A stretch of DNA of 63,772 nt, filler included, from Corallochytrium limacisporum Hawaii (lineage: Eukaryota; Protista; Pluriformea), in the NCBI GenBank assembly GCA_002811645.1. It is 5 parts of 5 records of this genome, joined end to end, with 100 filler letters (N's around TTAATTAATTAA, not from the genome) between each part and the next. Parts side by side here need not be neighbours in the genome. Positions count along the whole stretch, not along the records: positions 1 to 15,724 come from PDIP01000274.1; positions 15,825 to 42,933 come from PDIP01000099.1; 3 more parts are not named here. The stretch is one strand, 5' to 3'. The stretch's first letter is position 1; the number at the start of each line of letters is the position of its first letter. The position numbers and the translations under genes were made by a program. The notes under the pieces were generated by a model that worked only from the letters and a program-made list of their open reading frames with translations, was not told the origin of the DNA and ran no database searches. Positions 11,501 to 20,686 of the stretch are shown in pieces.

Positions 11501-14500
11501 GTCCAGGAGCCACGTTGCACTTCCCTGGCTCTCGCCGTTCAGTACGAAGACCGTGGAGATGGATTCCAAGGGTAGGATAAAGTCTGCAATGGTCTCCCGA
11601 CCGTACGTCACGTAGTCAACCCAAAATTGCGGGGCAACAAGGAAGAAGAAGTAATCGGCAACAATGTTCAGAACAGTACCGTCTCGGCGGATGGTGCCAT
11701 AAGTGATCTCATCAAACTTCAAAGTTGTGTCATCCTCAAGTTCCAGGACGGCATTGTAATCTCCATTGATGAGCACACAGTCATCATCGCTGGCAGAGCG
11801 GGATGGGAAGTCATCGTCGTCAGGGGCCAAGACCAGGGACGAGGACATAAATCGTTCATTGCCGCGCTGGACGTACACATCCGCACCCTCATTCTCCACG
11901 ACCTCCATGTCACGCAACTCCACAGTATTGTTGAGTTGCTGAACTATACTTCCAGGGTCAAGGGGATTGAATTCCCCCACAAACAAGCTGTTCGCTCCAG
12001 GACAGTAAGGTCGGGGCACCTCGGGTCGTGTGAAGGACAGTGGGGACGTGTATGGCACCCGGGGCACACTATAAATGTAACGACCTGGGTAATCTAGGGT
12101 ATCCGGCATTAGTTGTGCTCCGGGCGGAAATACCAACGGCATAACACCACCTCCATCCTCCAAGTCACAAGTTACCGACTGAACATTTAGGAGACCTATC
12201 GCATGCTCGAAGAAGATGCGGTCTCCGCTCCTGCCAAAGTACGCATAATTGACTGCATTCACTTCCAATGGGAAGGCTTCAAATTCAGTGCGGGGTTCTT
12301 GAAGCGTAGCATTGATGCGATTCGGTGCGATCAAGATATCCTCTGCGATCGAATTGCCAATGGTCGTGGTGGTGTCCGCAGCCTCACCGCTGACGATCAC
12401 TCTAACCTCACAGGGCAGCAGATCACAGTAGTCATTCACAGTTGGAGTATTTTCCAATCCCTCCTCGTCCAGCACATCGGGGAGAGTCGTCAGGTTTCTG
12501 TTAGGGAAGATTAGATCTGCTGCCTTGTCCTGCAGAACTCTGGGGGTCGCGTCCGTGCCAAAGAATACAATCTCTCCATCTGTGCTGAATATCTGGGCGG
12601 ACGTACCTGCAATCCATTGGCTCTCAGAACGCTGCCAAACACGACTAGTTGGGTCAACAGGTACGCATCCGGGCACTGATTCACCATAGACAATAAGGGC
12701 ACGGTGGTAGAGACTAAGCTCGGTGCCCATCGTTCCGCATGCACCTACGCAGCGGTCGTCAATAACCAGAGACAGGCGCCAGTCCCCATCGGTAGTCTCG
12801 GCCGCGGTGATGGCGTCTAGTATGTCAGCCCAAGCATCCAGGAATGCCTGGTCCCTCAACGCTGGGGGTGCAAAGGTAGACAAGTAGTTGAGCGCGTTAA
12901 ATGTGTAGAGCGTAGTGTTGTCGCTGGTGGGAGTAAGCTTAAACTCCACGAGGTCCTGTGGCACTTCAGTCCAGTGTACACCAGTGCAGGCTTGCATACC
13001 TTCCTTGACGTAGAACTCCTCAAGCTCTTCATTGGTCAGGTCATTGCGCGTCTTCTCGTCAAACGTGTATGTGGCTGTTAAAGTGCGCTCATCTAGGGGC
13101 CAATTGTCGGGGGTGAACAATTGTTCAAGGAAGCGCGTGATAACCAGCTCCTGGTTGCCATAAGGGGTGCCTGTTAGATCTCGCATGTCAACCACAAGGT
13201 CCGAGACATCGCCGTTCAATTCATATACTGCGGTCTTCACTTTCTCGGCAAGCTCTAGCAGAATATCACCAACAATGTTCGAAGGCGCTATCAACAGGTC
13301 TTCCACTTCTACCAGGATGGTGGAGGCACCATCTGGCGACACAAAGGTCTTAACGTTGGGCAGGAACACTCCCATGGCATTATTATAATCCGGGTCACCG
13401 AAAAAGACATCCTCGTGCTGCGTGAGACTAAAATTGGCATCAGTGCGCAGGGGGTCCAGTTCGTTGGTACTGTCACGGAAGTACCGAGTCCCCCGGAGGT
13501 CTCGTTCGTATGTCTGCACATCGTCACAAGACTGCAACAGTACATTTTCCGCACATGTGGCGACCAGCTCAAAACTGACGATCTCGCCGTCGGAAAACGT
13601 GATCTCAAGGGCGTCCATAGTGGAACCATAGATTGCAAAGTCTTGCACCATCATGATACCATCCGCGATTGCATCTCTGAAGGTAGCGAAGTTAATGCCA
13701 GCATCCGGAGCTAGGCCCTGCGTATAGACCAACGTGGTTTGCATCCAGTCGAAGAATGGCAAACCATTCACAGCGGTAACGGTCTTACCTATAAACTGCC
13801 GCAAGTAAACCTCGTTTGCAGCCTGCATAGTATACGAGCTCTGAGGAAAGCCGCTAATGTATGTGATCGCACCTATCTTGACCTCAATGTTATCAAGGGC
13901 CACAGTCTCTCCAAAATCGAGACGATCATCAAAATCGTTGCATTCGGTGACGTTCACGGTGTCGTCCATGAACTCAAACACAAATGGCAGCACCACTCCA
14001 CAGTTACCGTAGGGTTGCGGTAAGCCAAGCTGTGGGGCCCAGCTCCAATTCTGCTCGGCGAATGCCTTCATGACGCGCAGATAGTACGCCCAGGGCATCT
14101 CATCTGCACCAAGTGTTAAGTCAGGAAGGGGCAGGATGGTTCGCACTGCATCATTGGCAGCAATCAGCGGGTCCGTGCCGATCTGATCGACCACGAAATC
14201 ATTCACGGCCGCAGCTATCAGTGCAGCAGCATCTCCATCCTGTTTGCCTGTCCGGGGCACTGCCAGGAAGCATCGTTCAAGACGACTAGGTACATCAATG
14301 ATGCGTTGTACGGGTCCCTGACGCACAATCTCGGGATCGGACGTGAGGTAATATTCGGAGTCTTGTGCAATAATCGTCTCTGCACCCACCGATCCACAAC
14401 GATCGCTGCAGAAGGCAGTGAGTTTATAAAGGACTGTGCATGAAGCGGCAATTTTAGCGCTTACAGACTCGGAAATGTTGACCAGCGGCAGAGTGCTTGC

Positions 14501-15001
14501 AGTGGTATTGTCCACTGCAAAGTCATCGAAGTCTTTGTTGTAGTACACCGTAGGTACCTGACATTCAAAAACCAACATTGTATCTTCGTCCCCACCAGGA
14601 ACAAAAACACTTCGGTCCACACATGTCTCAGGTGGCAGCACGCGGGTGTAAATTGGCGTATTCTCCAAACCGCTTAGAAAACGGCGACCCTCTTCCGCAA
14701 TGAAGAGATGCATGATCACTGGATACGCACCAGTGTTCTCCACACTGGCATAGAAGCTAATATCCGTGCCAAGGGGGCTACCTGCGCACGGAGATCCCAG
14801 TCCTGTTTCAAAGATGGCCGTACTAGCGACCCTTTGGAACGCGTTGTCCTCTGTGGTGAAGGTGTATTCTTCGCAATCATCATTCCCACCGCTGCAGTAG
14901 CACCCCACTGCCGGGCCTGTTACGGAAGTTCGCCCCCATACGGGGTTGGCTGCTATCAATAGTCCGAGCCCGACCGCTCTGACGAACGTGTCAACGTTCA
15001 T
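5585..15001 (-). CDS. Giant type I membrane protein (~3,138 aa) with two tandem S41-peptidase-like supermodules, likely non-catalytic
   Basis: Uninterrupted 3,154-codon ORF. The likely start is ATG at 15001, giving the signal peptide MNVDTFVRAVGLGLLIAANPVWG. C-terminal TM is ALVAGLVGGAAALLIITIAGIAAFMVKR. Many internally duplicated motifs, e.g. CDLLPCEVR/CDLLPCEIR and GADVYVQR/GADVYLDR. S41-like motifs: GKTVTAVNGLP, VVDMRDLTG, IDDRCVGAC and VDGDCVGAC. Confidence 0.75.
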   Translation of the reverse strand: MNVDTFVRAVGLGLLIAANPVWGRTSVTGPAVGCYCSGGNDDCEEYTFTTEDNAFQRVASTAIFETGLGSPCAGSPLGTDISFYASVENTGAYPVIMHLFIAEEGRRFLSGLENTPIYTRVLPPETCVDRSVFVPGGDEDTMLVFECQVPTVYYNKDFDDFAVDNTTASTLPLVNISESVSAKIAASCTVLYKLTAFCSDRCGSVGAETIIAQDSEYYLTSDPEIVRQGPVQRIIDVPSRLERCFLAVPRTGKQDGDAAALIAAAVNDFVVDQIGTDPLIAANDAVRTILPLPDLTLGADEMPWAYYLRVMKAFAEQNWSWAPQLGLPQPYGNCGVVLPFVFEFMDDTVNVTECNDFDDRLDFGETVALDNIEVKIGAITYISGFPQSSYTMQAANEVYLRQFIGKTVTAVNGLPFFDWMQTTLVYTQGLAPDAGINFATFRDAIADGIMMVQDFAIYGSTMDALEITFSDGEIVSFELVATCAENVLLQSCDDVQTYERDLRGTRYFRDSTNELDPLRTDANFSLTQHEDVFFGDPDYNNAMGVFLPNVKTFVSPDGASTILVEVEDLLIAPSNIVGDILLELAEKVKTAVYELNGDVSDLVVDMRDLTGTPYGNQELVITRFLEQLFTPDNWPLDERTLTATYTFDEKTRNDLTNEELEEFYVKEGMQACTGVHWTEVPQDLVEFKLTPTSDNTTLYTFNALNYLSTFAPPALRDQAFLDAWADILDAITAAETTDGDWRLSLVIDDRCVGACGTMGTELSLYHRALIVYGESVPGCVPVDPTSRVWQRSESQWIAGTSAQIFSTDGEIVFFGTDATPRVLQDKAADLIFPNRNLTTLPDVLDEEGLENTPTVNDYCDLLPCEVRVIVSGEAADTTTTIGNSIAEDILIAPNRINATLQEPRTEFEAFPLEVNAVNYAYFGRSGDRIFFEHAIGLLNVQSVTCDLEDGGGVMPLVFPPGAQLMPDTLDYPGRYIYSVPRVPYTSPLSFTRPEVPRPYCPGANSLFVGEFNPLDPGSIVQQLNNTVELRDMEVVENEGADVYVQRGNERFMSSSLVLAPDDDDFPSRSASDDDCVLINGDYNAVLELEDDTTLKFDEITYGTIRRDGTVLNIVADYFFFLVAPQFWVDYVTYGRETIADFILPLESISTVFVLNGESQGSATWLLDVPEPDRVCTLYASVDGLSGEEPARLELYRNDRYAPHVFLDVMDLTTEARCAPAETGDLYGITMRQSSFEPDVVPAECGIEQSAEYEGDLFTRPDLQHFVSAPREALENAGAIDSTYQSLTVRGRYFWEVCDVLDTVADGCITSVVDGETSPPACVPFPEYRRFRWIPDFYDTYNNDCDVNGSEEEREDERDTDGDGLVDEDVDRRFFYNESRQQCVCPYYALCLSQTVADGKQETLDADAVGWFEEDCELQTPYRSIYTSISNTGSRPFEVALVDDVRGSIWRRTVLPGECMERLDTIAPDATNFFLHIDCASDGAGEDCGFMWFTEPSYSDECGALGVDIVTDYAFPLALTKTGGTPNNNMAYRTLDLPSETQICFNVLELKHVDKAAVVDDLVAALQDYFGDSTNLGGDSIGNAVNYTDAIAALNGLTNGDENAYSFYTTVQGILHSLRSPPVDFLVPEPFRLFTQILPFGLASQPGAEDRLLAIGVPPTDLPFSDIFPGWDSTTWNGLSPLANDGVEQCIVTVDGLPVVSWLRSLMERALHVPSANQGVGFAQVLKLLSSGTLSLRDIDFITQPGKDTLTVKYHACETDPKAVSVKLSTAEIPVLLIGAEDFVLWTNPDVEALIVNQAATNTHPYRNQYEYAKWVTLYNQNRENFNGGVLERFSGFIPNVGSFDRGTLDSGFTEKSNPERTIIDVVPDRRRAAVVEENHDEDVSDDFNYNPFSEGWTDAGDICPLSPPKRGDEPEVCAIVQVPCDMQGIINNEALLADIAAVNTKDCVIIWDFTAIDACQVPVELYEPYKNDAYCDAVDILHQYFSPFVLNREARDTLVTTFAFNNLDENDPDQRCVTDDIYEADDIVAPCTGGSVNITVSSDSEDPNLGDRFARACKGRDSLLTIPGQPNGRDILAQTVVIVDGDCVGACASLTDTLRYYGTAIVVQAYYGPMKPLQDDLDLVSALWTFTTDLQIGGSATLRVPIAVPYTTTEVTPRLNISPRLNGGWYFGWNDLTSFDAAVNFISSFFLDALKDCDDDPLAPNFDNACDLLPCEIRAVFRETGAKDKDDDSCRKGMTIAGLFALSEDRTTTPEQLLLAARNDYAAYRPKDVEICFYGTSGSLVGVDLRHPSLDIVSITCDSASGDEIMVKKVHSRSHGRRDHSSPTSDANSAHDIYTIDVPGLYTIDVPNRPLIRPGDVFPAANYICSEAISAVADGKRVVPPPNEALLHLEPTLKMLLKGGDHPQYDGYPMQQYSRRGAEHDGEPDKKPALGADVYLDRPGKRFVVTSLISRTVAPFMDDPVTAKVYTGDEPELLYKLLPGTVLQVDRATYGTERSGPEPDDPISPPLTLNGDWFFFRRGPRGITERLAGIHNLPYGWLDDSRYLYNDENWVESFSFPKPDPNQLCTAYVEVEIPETTVEAEILMERIGVKYPHRPLGLATVREIMTSEPMTSNRKRRGDDHPQPSVRRDSLQICLPALVGDQIGLSWLRSLPFQPYQQAYVQRIWYNDTELTVGGDYFLAAPSKNLTPSIQSQANRDAGKPLKLDHSGRYLWSTVPVPRHPANCTQIAQYPFLDIEYVLNDEQEGYDNDCDDRIDEEVATPGDYDQDDQEMEDFKLPDNRGYWKGLNEAIEYGLMRTPKGCVSLDQVPNVMNSWFRALPRYEGQYLVGRIKEISGYATPQVLCFATFEFLDFTKSRPTSYPDGIGIFSYYATFDRRSVIVPDDGHEKDHTDGDHHGDCNYDDDQENQHGEQHNHGSSSILFELFTYKKTSVFEPLKQTDICPAVHGSENGQQVAMDDYLNRQQQKPDLNMILCSGCPTSEQNCYDTAYGSDLEHADFHNKPNHQYDTYRLLRFAGVAPYEVSDLPVPSTPTSTTTATNTDSPTSDGHPSAGSDNTALVAGLVGGAAALLIITIAGIAAFMVKRSNREEPRDADAFEDATAVDMLTIDAGDVDVEISGEDILADAFQLEHDFSVA

Positions 15002-15724
15002 ACCTATTGCTGAGAACAATGTACAATAATTCTCCTTCATTGTCCTCATCCCAATCCACTATAGCGTCGTCACGTCCTTGGACGGCGAGGTGATCTGTGT
15101 ACAATAGTTCCTAGTTCATGCACTGAAGAATTTGCCACCCGGCAAAACTTCAATTCTACAATGCTATTGCCTCAGTTGAACCCGGCAACCAAGATTTTAA
15201 TTACCTTTACCGAAGACAGATTGTATAGTCTCCCTTACTTTCTTCTAAATCTTGAACCGATAGTAAATCAATCAGAGATTCCATTATGTAACATTACATT
15301 ACACCTAAGGATTGAAGTACCCATAACATGTTCCTTACACTGGGTATGTCATTATGTCTTTTCTTCATTGTATACGTACATAAATCACAGAAGCGCAGAG
15401 TTCTTCATCTCAGGGTCCATATAAAATGACCCTACTAACCATCAACTGCCTTTCAGCCCCAGCAACACTAGGCCAACGGCCTTGTCGCCCATGTCACACT
15501 TTGCCCTTTCTGCGTTTCTTCCCTGATCGGCCTCACTGTTACTGCCGTTTCTCCCGACGCTTCTGATCAGTTCGTGCCCTTTCTCCCTCATTTGCCTGTC
15601 TGGTCTTTTCCTCTGCCACCTCTGTTCCCAGAACTCACCCAATGTTTTCCCGTCCCCCTATCCCCCCTCCCCCTGCAGGAGGGGAACTGGCTGAAGGGCT
15701 ACACGTCCTCCCCTCCCCCCTCCC

Positions 15725-15824
15725 NNNNNNNNNNNNNNNNNNNNNNNNNNNNNNNNNNNNNNNNNNNNTTAATTAATTAANNNNNNNNNNNNNNNNNNNN
15801 NNNNNNNNNNNNNNNNNNNNNNNN
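15725..15824. other. Scaffold gap with TTAATTAATTAA linker (assembly artefact)
   Basis: 44 N + TTAATTAATTAA (15769-15780) + 44 N; the same construct recurs three more times in the window. Confidence 0.95.
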
Positions 15825-17279
15825 ATAAATAATCATATAAATCACGATCCGGTATATATTTTCGAACGAAAATTTTGGTTGGATACGGAGTATACATTCA
15901 ACTCAGAGGATAGTACCAGCGTAAAGCGTGTGCAACAAGGTATGATGGCACTAGAAACCTTCCACCTTCACGGTGTGGTGCAGGACTACGCACTGCTGGG
16001 CACACAATTGTGCGGCTAGATGTTCATGTGGAAATCAGCCCTCGGTCATTCCAGACCCAAGTGCCTGCGGCACATTGAACAACCAGTACCAAAAGACGCT
16101 TAGGAAGTCTGAGTATGATACTACTCTTGGTAAGAACACACCAGGTCCATCCTCATAAACGAGCTTATTGTGCACTATGATAAAGTCCCAACTCCCATAC
16201 CATAGCATGTCAGTGTGTGCCGCTCTGGTGCGCAGCGCACCAGCACACACATGCAACACCGTTCGGATGCGCAGGGTGAATCTCCGAGGTGCCCCCTTCC
16301 GCTCCCAGTGGGGGCCGGCGAGAGGGCCCGCGTCACCGTATAGACGGTGGTACTGTGGCCCTGGATCGGAAACCGCTCCTTTCCTTCATACTCCCACTAC
16401 CCAAGCGGGGCGGGCGGCTCCTTTCTCCACACCGCCAGCCCGCAGCCAGTCCTTCGGTGGATCTCCTGACCCGCACCACTGGCAGAGATTTGGTCAAAAA
16501 AAAAATCGGAGTCATTCGAGGCGGGGACAAGTGTACTATGAAAAGCAGAAAAGATTGAAGAAATGGAGAAGAAAGAAAATTTTGTCTTTGACAAAAGTAA
16601 AACACCGCCAAAGGGAAGCACTGGGGCCGAAGGGAGGGGAGCCAAGGTGGCGGAGACGGAACGCTTGGGCTGCGCCGGGGATGACAATCCCTATAGTAAG
16701 ACTATGAAAAATTGCTAAAACGAGGAGCACCGGACGTTAAAGGAAGGAAAATAAGTCAGGCAGGCACACGGATGGTTCACCGGCAATGGTGATCTGCTAA
16801 TGCCCAGACCTTTGCTCCGTACGCGTAATCACCACCGCCGTGGAGCCCCCTCCTTTGGTTGAATACGTTTTGACGTCCGAATCCCGTCCTCCCCCCCCCG
16901 TTTTCTTCTGCGGAGAGGAGATGGCGGACCGGGGGCCCCAGTGGGTTTTACACAACTCTCTGGATTCCTATCCCTTCAGTGTTGTTCTATCCAAAGGAGA
17001 CTCGCGAATGATGCACAAGCGAAGGAGACGTGTGGGCCAGGGTTGCAATTGAGCATGATGTGAGAGTCACACCGATCTCTACAATTGGTAATGCGGGAGC
17101 CTCTGCCAAGCACCCCGATACTGTGCAATGGTACAACCGTGGAGTTAAATGCTAAATTTCCGTCCAGAGGCAAAGGTATAAGAACCGCGTATAGGGGCCA
17201 GTGCAAGAGCTGGGCTGGGCCGTCAACCAAATCATCTTCTTCATAGATATCTACACAACACCACAAAACCAGCGCAATC

Positions 17280-17714
17280 ATGGGCTCTTTCGCAAGCAAA
17301 ATCGGAGAAGTGCCGAACAAGATGGCAGAGCGTCAGAAAGCCGTTCAGTTGCAAGTTCGGGAGGTGCAAATGGCAGTGGGCGTTGCACAGGCGCGCGACC
17401 TTCTCAACTGGGTAGGTGCCTTCACTGGCACTGTCGGTGTCCTCGGCATGAGCGCGGCAATGAAAACTCGGTCTCCTGCAGGTCTGATCCCTTTGCTTCC
17501 CCTCTCCTTCATGTGCGCTTACCAATACGACTTTGCCTATGGAGAAAAACTCCGACGAGTGCGTGACGAAGCTGGGCGTATCCTCGAAGATGAACGGAAA
17601 GCTGCCTCCCCGGACGACATGCGCTTCGCCATGCCCGTCAACAACAAGCTGATCGAGGTCGCAGCGTACCACGCTCTCTTTGGTAAGGATGATAGTAGGT
17701 CGGACGAACAATAG
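17280..17714 (+). CDS. PLGRKT: Plasminogen receptor (KT)/DUF2368 family small membrane protein
   Basis: 144 aa. The pattern ERQ...QLQVREVQMA...ARDLLNW followed by LIPLLPLSFMCAYQYDFAYGEKLRRVRDEA matches the PLGRKT/C9orf46 family. Confidence 0.8.
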   Translation: MGSFASKIGEVPNKMAERQKAVQLQVREVQMAVGVAQARDLLNWVGAFTGTVGVLGMSAAMKTRSPAGLIPLLPLSFMCAYQYDFAYGEKLRRVRDEAGRILEDERKAASPDDMRFAMPVNNKLIEVAAYHALFGKDDSRSDEQ

Positions 17715-17930
17715 ATGTACAGAGACAGACAGCCGAAGCAAAGCTAGGGGCCAAACCCCAGCCAGGTGAACCATAATCCCATACCTTTCGAATACAGATT
17801 AGAAAGCAAACGATGTCCAGTATTTGACGGAACAACCAGAGACTGCGGACAACGACCAGAGGTTAGTTGAATTGCACCATGTATATAAATGAAAAGAATG
17901 TGGTTTAATTGATACGGCAACGTTCTCTGA

Positions 17931-19715
17931 TCAGTCCCAGCCATTCTCATACTGAGCAGTAGCCTCTTCGTTTGGAACCGTTACGGCGACAAAGTCCAGA
18001 TCCGTCGCAGTTGGGTGCTTCGCTGCTTTGTTGGCAACTGGGCTCGAAGTAGTCTGCGGAGAATGAGACGAGCGGTGTCTCTTGTACAGCACAGCGCCGA
18101 TGATGATACCAATCACTGCCGCTACGCCAATAGCAATGCCAGCTATGGCGGCTGGTGTCAGACCGTCGTCCCCGTCATTGTCGCCTTCGACTGCGCCGTC
18201 AGCTCCAGCAGTACCAGAGGCACCGTCCTCGACAGTGGGACTCGTGGTGGGCTGCCCGTTGCCTCCATCCTCGTTGCCGGCATCTGTGGTTGGCTCCTGC
18301 TCTGTGGTCGTCGGCCCCTCGTCGCTCGTGTCATTGTTTGGATCCGGTGTGTCATTGGTAGGCTCGTCATTTTCGGTGGGATCCTCAGTGGTAGGATCAT
18401 CAGTAGCAGGCTCCTCAGGAGCAGGCTCTTCTGGCCCAGGTTCCTCAGGAGCAGGTTCTTCAGGCTCGGGCTCCTCCGGAGCGGGTTCCTCAGGCGCTGG
18501 TTCCTCAGGCGCTGGTACCTCCGGAGCGGGTTCCTCAGGCGCTGGTTCCTCAGGCGCTGGTTCTTCCGGAGCGGGTTCCTCAGGCGCTGGTTCCTCAGGC
18601 GCTGGTTCTTCCGGAGCGGGTTCTTCCGGAGCGGGTTCCTCAGGCGCAGGCTCTTCAGGCGCAGGCTCCTCAGGTGCGGGATCGCCCTGGTCACTGTTCG
18701 GATCAGTGCACACGTTATTGGTACACTGCAGACCAGTATCACATTCCCAAGTGAGAGGCGGATCGAACCTGGTATCGGCACAGGCATCATCCAGTCTAGC
18801 GTATGGAAGACAAATAAGAGGGTCAGTTGGAACAGAGGCGCGGCCGGCGAAACCTTGACAGCAGGTCTCTTGGTTGTTAATGTTAATCGTTTCCCACAGT
18901 GCAATGCAGGCGGGCTCCGCATCCGGATTCTCGCAGATACCCGTGCAGTCTGCATTAAGGTCATTGATGTCACAGCCATTCTGGATCACACAGGTGGTAC
19001 CTGCCTCACATTGAGCCATTCCAACACCACGGTAGGTGTCAGAATTAGCACACTCGTCTCCTTCAGAGACAATGTCACGGCATGTTGCACTACCGGGGAA
19101 GACACCGGCACAGTACTGAGTTTGTGGGTCGTAACAGCATCCGGAGGCACCTGGAGCGTCGCAGAAGGATTGTCCGGCACCACAGATCTGATCTGTGCAC
19201 ACACCAATGACGAAACCAGTGCAGAAAAAGCCTTGATCGGTGTCACAGTCACTGTGGTCTGAGCAAGAGTTGTCGACAGCCGGCGGAGTCACCACTGCTG
19301 CCTGGCAGAGACCAGTGCAGTCTGCATTAAGGTCATTGATGTCACAGCCATTCTGGATCACACAGGTGGTACCTGCCTCACATTGAGCCATTCCAACACC
19401 ACGGTAGGTGTCAGAATTAGCACACTCGTCTCCTTCAGAGACAATGTCACGGCATGTTGCACTACCGGGGAAGACACCGGCACAGTACTGAGTTTGTGGG
19501 TCGTAACAGCATCCGGAGGCACCTGGAGCGTCGCAGAAGGATTGTCCGGCACCACAGATCTGATCTGTGCACACACCATTAACGAAACCAGTGCAGAAAA
19601 TATCTGCATCACGATTACATTCACCGTGATCGGAGCATGAATCTCCGACTGCTTGACCAGAGGCTAATCCAAACAAGCCACTGGCCGTAAGCACGACGAC
19701 GGGGAGGACTTTCAT
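17931..19715 (-). CDS. Type I cell-surface protein: signal peptide, two 124-aa Cys-rich repeats, a further Cys-rich region, PAPEE stalk, TM and short tail
   Basis: 594 aa. Signal MKVLPVVVLTASGLFGLASG, TM AAIAGIAIGVAAVIGIIIGAVLYKR, repeat period 372 nt. Confidence 0.85.
   Translation of the reverse strand: MKVLPVVVLTASGLFGLASGQAVGDSCSDHGECNRDADIFCTGFVNGVCTDQICGAGQSFCDAPGASGCCYDPQTQYCAGVFPGSATCRDIVSEGDECANSDTYRGVGMAQCEAGTTCVIQNGCDINDLNADCTGLCQAAVVTPPAVDNSCSDHSDCDTDQGFFCTGFVIGVCTDQICGAGQSFCDAPGASGCCYDPQTQYCAGVFPGSATCRDIVSEGDECANSDTYRGVGMAQCEAGTTCVIQNGCDINDLNADCTGICENPDAEPACIALWETININNQETCCQGFAGRASVPTDPLICLPYARLDDACADTRFDPPLTWECDTGLQCTNNVCTDPNSDQGDPAPEEPAPEEPAPEEPAPEEPAPEEPAPEEPAPEEPAPEEPAPEEPAPEEPAPEVPAPEEPAPEEPAPEEPEPEEPAPEEPGPEEPAPEEPATDDPTTEDPTENDEPTNDTPDPNNDTSDEGPTTTEQEPTTDAGNEDGGNGQPTTSPTVEDGASGTAGADGAVEGDNDGDDGLTPAAIAGIAIGVAAVIGIIIGAVLYKRHRSSHSPQTTSSPVANKAAKHPTATDLDFVAVTVPNEEATAQYENGWD
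18410..18678 (-). repeat. 15-nt coding minisatellite encoding about 18 PAPEE-type units
   Basis: Tandem (G)GTTCCTCAGGCGCTG-like units on the + strand; translates to a Pro/Glu-rich stalk. Confidence 0.9.
18943..19578 (-). repeat. Internal direct repeat: 18943-19206 identical to 19315-19578 (264 nt, offset 372)
   Basis: Manual nucleotide comparison found no mismatch over the 264-nt core. Confidence 0.85.
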
Positions 19716-20466
19716 GTTGTGTACGGCTCACTCTCCGAAGCTAAGAGAACAATATGATCATTAACTTGCCTCTATAGTGTCAACAGGATGGGTATGGTCC
19801 TCTTTTAAGTACCTTCTCTTGCTGTCCAACTGTGTGACGATGTCTTGGTGGCGGAGTGCGTCCGCTCTGCATTAGGTGAAGTGCTTGCTACCTCCTTCTT
19901 TGCACGCGCGAAAGTGAAAGGAGCAAAACATCCAAGCAAAGACACCACCCTGCTTCCTTCCGGCCGGTCCATTTGAAAGCCCAAGTTCGAAACTTGCGCG
20001 CTTAGATTTGATCTTCGAATCCCCAGAGACTTCGGAAGGAGCAAGGGGAAAGGGGAATTGCACTCCCCTTCCCCCTTCAAAACCAACCGGCCCCCCGGGG
20101 GGGGGGGGTGTTGGCAGCCTTCGCGGTGGGTGCCGGCGGTAGCTATATTGCCACTGTTGCTGTGCAGCACTCTACCCACCTCTGCGGGCCTTATCGCTCC
20201 CCTGAGCCTCGTCCTCCCGACCCCTCCCTTTTTGTTCGTCGTTGATCCTTCGCATTTCAGTTTCAATTCCCCTTGGAATAGGGCTCTGCGCACCCTGCAA
20301 TTGGGTACCCTGTTTCCCGTTTCGTTCGCGGTAATGAGCCCTATACATTGACCACTGCCAATATGTGGCGCACCGACTGCACGGGCAGTGGCGAGGAGTA
20401 TGGAGTGTCCCGAAATATTAGCGCGAGACATTTGTTCCGGGACACCCCATCTTGGCCCCCACCCCC

Positions 20467-20686
20467 NNNNNNNNNNNNNNNNNNNNNNNNNNNNNNNNNN
20501 NNNNNNNNNNNNNNNNNNNNNNNNNNNNNNNNNNNNNNNNNNNNNNNNNNNNNNNNNNNNNNNNNNNNNNNNNNNNNNNNNNNNNNNNNNNNNNNNNNNN
20601 NNNNNNNNNNNNNNNNNNNNNNNNNNNNNNNNNNNNNNNNNNNNNNNNNNNNNNNNNNNNNNNNNNNNNNNNNNNNNNNNNNNNNN
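20467..20686. other. Assembly gap (N run)
   Basis: Run of Ns with a C-rich tract immediately before it. Confidence 0.95.

Noticed and set aside
18410-18678. CRISPR-like periodicity
   Set aside because: Contiguous 15-nt coding repeats without unique spacers, in a eukaryotic gene.
18015-19262. Long antisense and alternative-frame ORFs with GAGSS or RRWFL repeats
   Set aside because: By-products of the stop-free 15-nt PAPEE minisatellite.
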